Below are positions 60,720-64,000 of a stretch of 64,000 nt of DNA, one piece after another. Position 1 is the first letter of the stretch. The number at the start of each line of letters is the position of its first letter. The notes below the pieces were generated by a model. It was not told where the DNA came from and ran no database searches. It saw nothing but the letters and a program-made list of their open reading frames with translations. The translations under genes were made by a program, and so were the position numbers. The stretch is taken from NCBI GenBank assembly GCA_963799485.1, contig CAWCXJ010000013.1, positions 96,001 to 160,000 of the forward strand, read 5' to 3'. The DNA comes from an uncultured Trueperaceae bacterium. GTDB lineage: Bacteria; Deinococcota; Deinococci; Deinococcales; Trueperaceae.

Positions 60720-61081
60720 GTTGCACCGGTCTGCGCAGCGCCGCAGGGTGCAAGCTCGGCGTTTTACTGCCAGGGACAAACCGGAAAGCATTCTGGTCAC
60801 GTTTGCCGCCTTGCCGGGCCGAACCGAGTGAAGCCGGTTACACAGCGCAGTTTTCACAACTTGTCACAACTGCTGAGCGCGAAGCTCGTCGTTCTCACGC
60901 CGTGGGCGTAGCGGAATTTCATCTCAGAACGTGCGCACCAGCTTGTACTTCGCTATCTCGGGCTGGCTCAAACCAACTGACCTTTTGAACTATACCGGTG
61001 CCAAAAGTCAAAAAGCTCGGGTGCTATACTTGCTCTACGCCGTCTCGAGTACCAGAAAGCTGTCCACTGCATCAGGGGGTG

Positions 61082-61189
61082 CAAGATGACCTGTAACCAA
61101 GATGACCTATAGCAAGGCGACACGCTGCCTAGCTCGGTTGTCACTTACTTCTCAGTCAAAGTGCAAGATGACCTATAACAAGCTGACAC
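61082..61189. repeat. Direct repeats CAAGATGACCT x3 in the leader of the AhpD-like gene
   Basis: Copies at 61082, 61098 and 61164; the last two extend to 26 bp with 3 mismatches. Confidence 0.85.
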
Positions 61190-61210
61190 ACAAGCCGACA
61201 AAGGCTGAGC

Positions 61211-61702
61211 ATGACTAAAAACGTATCGCAGGAGATCGCCGGCGAACTCGGTTTTGGGGTCGTGCCCAATATGTTCGCTGCCGCCGATGGTAACCCGGAG
61301 GTGCAAGCTGCCCTTTGGAGCGCGTTTCGTCACATCGTGTTGCGCGGCGAGCTGCCCCGGACAATTAAAGAGATGATGGGCGTTATCGTTTCAAAAGAAG
61401 CGGGTAGCAGCTACGCGGCGGAGGTTCATCTGCACGCCTTGACGTTGCAGGGGGTTGAAGAACCGATTCTGGAGGCGCTTAAACGCGGTGAAACGCCGAG
61501 CGGTGTCCCGCAAAAAACACTTGCGCTCCTGCGTTTCGCGTATTCGGCGGCGCGCCGTCCCTACGACCCGGAGCAAACCGAGCTTTTGGGGGGTGTCGAC
61601 CTGAGTGAGGCCGAGCAGCGCGAGGCGGTTGCAACTGTTGCGCTTTTTCGGATGATCAACACCTGGACGGACTTGCTGGCGATTCCGCTCGACGAGCTTT
61701 AG
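61211..61702 (+). CDS. Carboxymuconolactone decarboxylase/AhpD-like protein lacking cysteines
   Basis: GVVPNMF, LPRTIKEMMGVIVS..GSSYAAEVH, EAVATVALFRMIN. Confidence 0.8.
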   Translation: MTKNVSQEIAGELGFGVVPNMFAAADGNPEVQAALWSAFRHIVLRGELPRTIKEMMGVIVSKEAGSSYAAEVHLHALTLQGVEEPILEALKRGETPSGVPQKTLALLRFAYSAARRPYDPEQTELLGGVDLSEAEQREAVATVALFRMINTWTDLLAIPLDEL

Positions 61703-61752
61703 CCCGCTTGCACGCAGGGGCGGTGCCGAACTCGCGCCGGGTGGAATCGTAA

Positions 61753-63117
61753 GTGGCGACGGTCAGCGAAAAGACGGCTAGACTGGAGAAGATGTCGGAC
61801 TGGATTATCCTTTCGAACCGGCTTTTGCTCTTGCAAGAGATCATGGTGGGGCTGGGCGGTTTGCCGCCTGCCGAGGTCATTCAGCGTTCGGCGGAGGGTG
61901 TGACCTGGGTGTTCGACGGCGGCGCGCTGCACACGCTGAAACCGGCGGAGGTGTCGCCACTCCCACTCGTGTCGCGGGGGCGCGGTCGTATCGACGGCCT
62001 CGGCGAGGTTTATCTGGCTTACTTCGAGGGGCCGCCGGAACCGCGTTATCTGGCGCTTTCGGGGGTGGCCTTGGTCGACCCCCAAGAGTTCAGGCTGGCG
62101 GCGCTTTATTTCGAACACCTGTTGGCGGCGCTGACGGCGGCGGGCTACCGCGAGGAGTTGGCGCGCCAAGCGCGCACGGACTGGCTTACCGGGCTCGCCA
62201 ACCGGCGCTCACTGGCCCGGTACTTGCCGCAAAAGCCGCAAGCCGACGCGTCGGTGGGCGTGCTCGAGGCCCATCCTGAAACAGCCCATACTCAAGCCGA
62301 GTACGATGTGTTTCTCAAAGGCCTGGCCGAGACCGTCCGGCGCACCCTGCCCGAAGCGGGGTACGCCTTTCGTATCGGGGCGTTTCGCATCGCGCTGCTG
62401 CTGCCTACAGCGGCAGTCGCGGCCTTTGAAAAGGCGTTGCTGGCCGCTGAGCCCGGCGCAGTCGTCGCCTGGGTAGCGCAGCCTGAGCTAGGCAGTGCTG
62501 CGGTTGCCGAGCTGTTCGAGGCGGCGCAGATACGCCTCGAGTCCCGGTTGGCGGCCCGGCTAAAAGCCTCCGGAACCACCGGGCCGCTCGGCGTGCGCGT
62601 TCACAGCGGCCTCGAGCAGGTCAGGCGCGCGGTGCAAGAGCGCCTCCGCAGCCTGCCCGGAACTTTTCCTTTGGGCGATGAAGTCGAGCTGGTTTTCGAT
62701 ACGCCGCCGGGGTTTGCGCTCGAGGCGCTGACCCACAACCTAAAACTGCGCCGCACGCATACGCTGGTCGTAACGAGCAGCACCTCGCAACCTTACCTGC
62801 GCGACCTGCTGGAAGAAAAACCCCAGGGGCTTATCGTCGGCTCACCCGACGATAAAACGTTGGCAGCGGCTTTAGAACGCCTCACGGACGGCGCATTTTA
62901 CGACGGGCCCGCTGTCGAGGACGACGAACTCTACCCCCGCGAACGCGAAGTCTGGCGGCTGGTCGTGCGCGGGATGACCAACGCGCAGATCGCTGAAACC
63001 CTCAAAATCCGGGAAAAAACGGTCTCCAACTACGTGACCAACTTGCAAGACAAACTTTTTCTGCGTAACCGCGTCGAACTGGTGCTCTACTATTTGGGAA
63101 AGCTCGAGCGTCCCTAG
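61753..63117 (+). CDS. LuxR-type regulator fused to degenerate GGDEF and atypical receiver domains
   Basis: TDWLTGLANRR with FRIGAFRI in place of RxGGDEF; C-terminal PREREVWRLVVRGMTNAQIAETLKIREKTVSNY HTH. Confidence 0.85.
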   Translation: MATVSEKTARLEKMSDWIILSNRLLLLQEIMVGLGGLPPAEVIQRSAEGVTWVFDGGALHTLKPAEVSPLPLVSRGRGRIDGLGEVYLAYFEGPPEPRYLALSGVALVDPQEFRLAALYFEHLLAALTAAGYREELARQARTDWLTGLANRRSLARYLPQKPQADASVGVLEAHPETAHTQAEYDVFLKGLAETVRRTLPEAGYAFRIGAFRIALLLPTAAVAAFEKALLAAEPGAVVAWVAQPELGSAAVAELFEAAQIRLESRLAARLKASGTTGPLGVRVHSGLEQVRRAVQERLRSLPGTFPLGDEVELVFDTPPGFALEALTHNLKLRRTHTLVVTSSTSQPYLRDLLEEKPQGLIVGSPDDKTLAAALERLTDGAFYDGPAVEDDELYPREREVWRLVVRGMTNAQIAETLKIREKTVSNYVTNLQDKLFLRNRVELVLYYLGKLERP

Positions 63118-63212
63118 AGTTGTGTTTGAGGGACAATGTGCGGGAAAAAGTCCTGAACCGACCCGGGAAATTTGCCCTATAGGTTTGGCGGTGCGGCTCC
63201 TATACTTTGTCT

Positions 63213-63284
63213 AAGAGGTAGCACCCAAGGCAGCGTGAAAGCACCCCCGGCACGAGCGATTGCCAGGGGTGCTGCCTCAGTTTT
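63213..63284 (+). ncRNA. Candidate small structured RNA
   Basis: TATACT box at 63201, hairpin 63240-63273 followed by CAGTTTT; no convincing ORF. Confidence 0.35.
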
Positions 63285-63376
63285 GCCGGTTGGTTCAAGT
63301 AGCGTCCGCCTTACTTGCTTATCTACTTACAACGGTTTGGCTACAACCTCCGTGCAAATAGTCCGTACAATAGGCC

Positions 63377-64000
63377 ATGCCGCAAAAAGACGATTTTCTA
63401 AGCCGCTTGCAGGCACAGCTCAACGAGACGCTGGAGCGCGCTCGTGAGTTCAGCGCTGAAGGCCGCTCAGGCGAGGCGCTCACGGTCGTGCGGGCGGCGC
63501 AGCGAAATATTCTGGGGCTCGAGCCCGTCCTCCTAAACCGACTTTCCAGCGCCGACCTGCTCAGCCTCCTGGGCTCCGGCGGCGTTCCCGACACCGAGCG
63601 GACGCTGGGCGCTGCCGAACTCCTCAGCGCCGAGTTTGAGGTGCTTACGCTGCAGGGTGAGGCCGACCCCGCGCAGGCGCAAAAAGCGCTCGAGCTTTAC
63701 CTCACCGTGCTGGTCGCGGAGCCGGGCTTTACACCCTTTTATATAGCGCGCCTGGACACCCTGACCCGAAATCTGGATTACCCCGCGCTGTCTCATGTGT
63801 ATCCCGCCCTGACCGAGGTTTACCGTGCCGCTGGACGTTTCGCCGAGGCGGAGAACTGGCTCTACCGCTGGCGGGAGTTTGCGCCCGACGCCGCGCAGGG
63901 ATGGGCCGAAGCGTTTTACCGCGAGTTGTTAAGGCTCCCCGATGAGGTGCTGGCAGCGGGTGGGTTGCCCAGAGACGAGGTTGAAGAAGGTCTGGCTGAC
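63377..64000 (+). CDS. DUF6483-like helical (TPR-like) protein, runs off the window end
   Basis: Open from ATG 63377 (MPQKDDFLSRL...GRFAEAENWLY..AFYRELL..PDEVLAAGGLPRDEVEEG); TACAAT box 5 nt upstream. Confidence 0.7.
   Translation, partial: MPQKDDFLSRLQAQLNETLERAREFSAEGRSGEALTVVRAAQRNILGLEPVLLNRLSSADLLSLLGSGGVPDTERTLGAAELLSAEFEVLTLQGEADPAQAQKALELYLTVLVAEPGFTPFYIARLDTLTRNLDYPALSHVYPALTEVYRAAGRFAEAENWLYRWREFAPDAAQGWAEAFYRELLRLPDEVLAAGGLPRDEVEEGLAD

Noticed and set aside
257..63796. Numerous antisense and alternate-frame ORFs in the track
   Set aside because: Shadow ORFs expected in GC-rich DNA, overlapping well-supported genes

Overview
GC-rich bacterial chromosomal segment, most consistent with Deinococcota (Truepera-like). 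This is inferred from the gene repertoire, a PASTA-only protein, an SLH protein and many apparently leaderless genes with a TAnnnT box 5-8 nt before the start codon. It is mostly housekeeping and metabolic DNA: folC-folP-folB-(GNAT)-folK, a pecS/pecM-like pair, blh, rarA, tatD, rlpA, trpBA, sufE, aroA-cmk-NAD kinase, lysC, a PAS-GGDEF-EAL gene, a GntR-linked liv-type ABC transporter, a D-aminopeptidase cluster, coaA, xdhABC and ilvE. No rRNA, tRNA, CRISPR array or intact mobile element was seen. Features read directly from the DNA and missing from the ORF track: a leaderless Trp-rich leader peptide upstream of trpBA with no intrinsic terminator; remnants of a tyrosine integrase, a Uma2 nuclease and a proW/proX deletion fusion; strong over-representation of the palindrome CTCGAG; and pervasive short tandem duplications. 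The best candidate for an undescribed system is at the right end: a cysteine-free AhpD-like protein, a degenerate GGDEF/receiver/LuxR fusion and a putative two-state small RNA. All product calls rest on motif recognition by eye; no database search was run.
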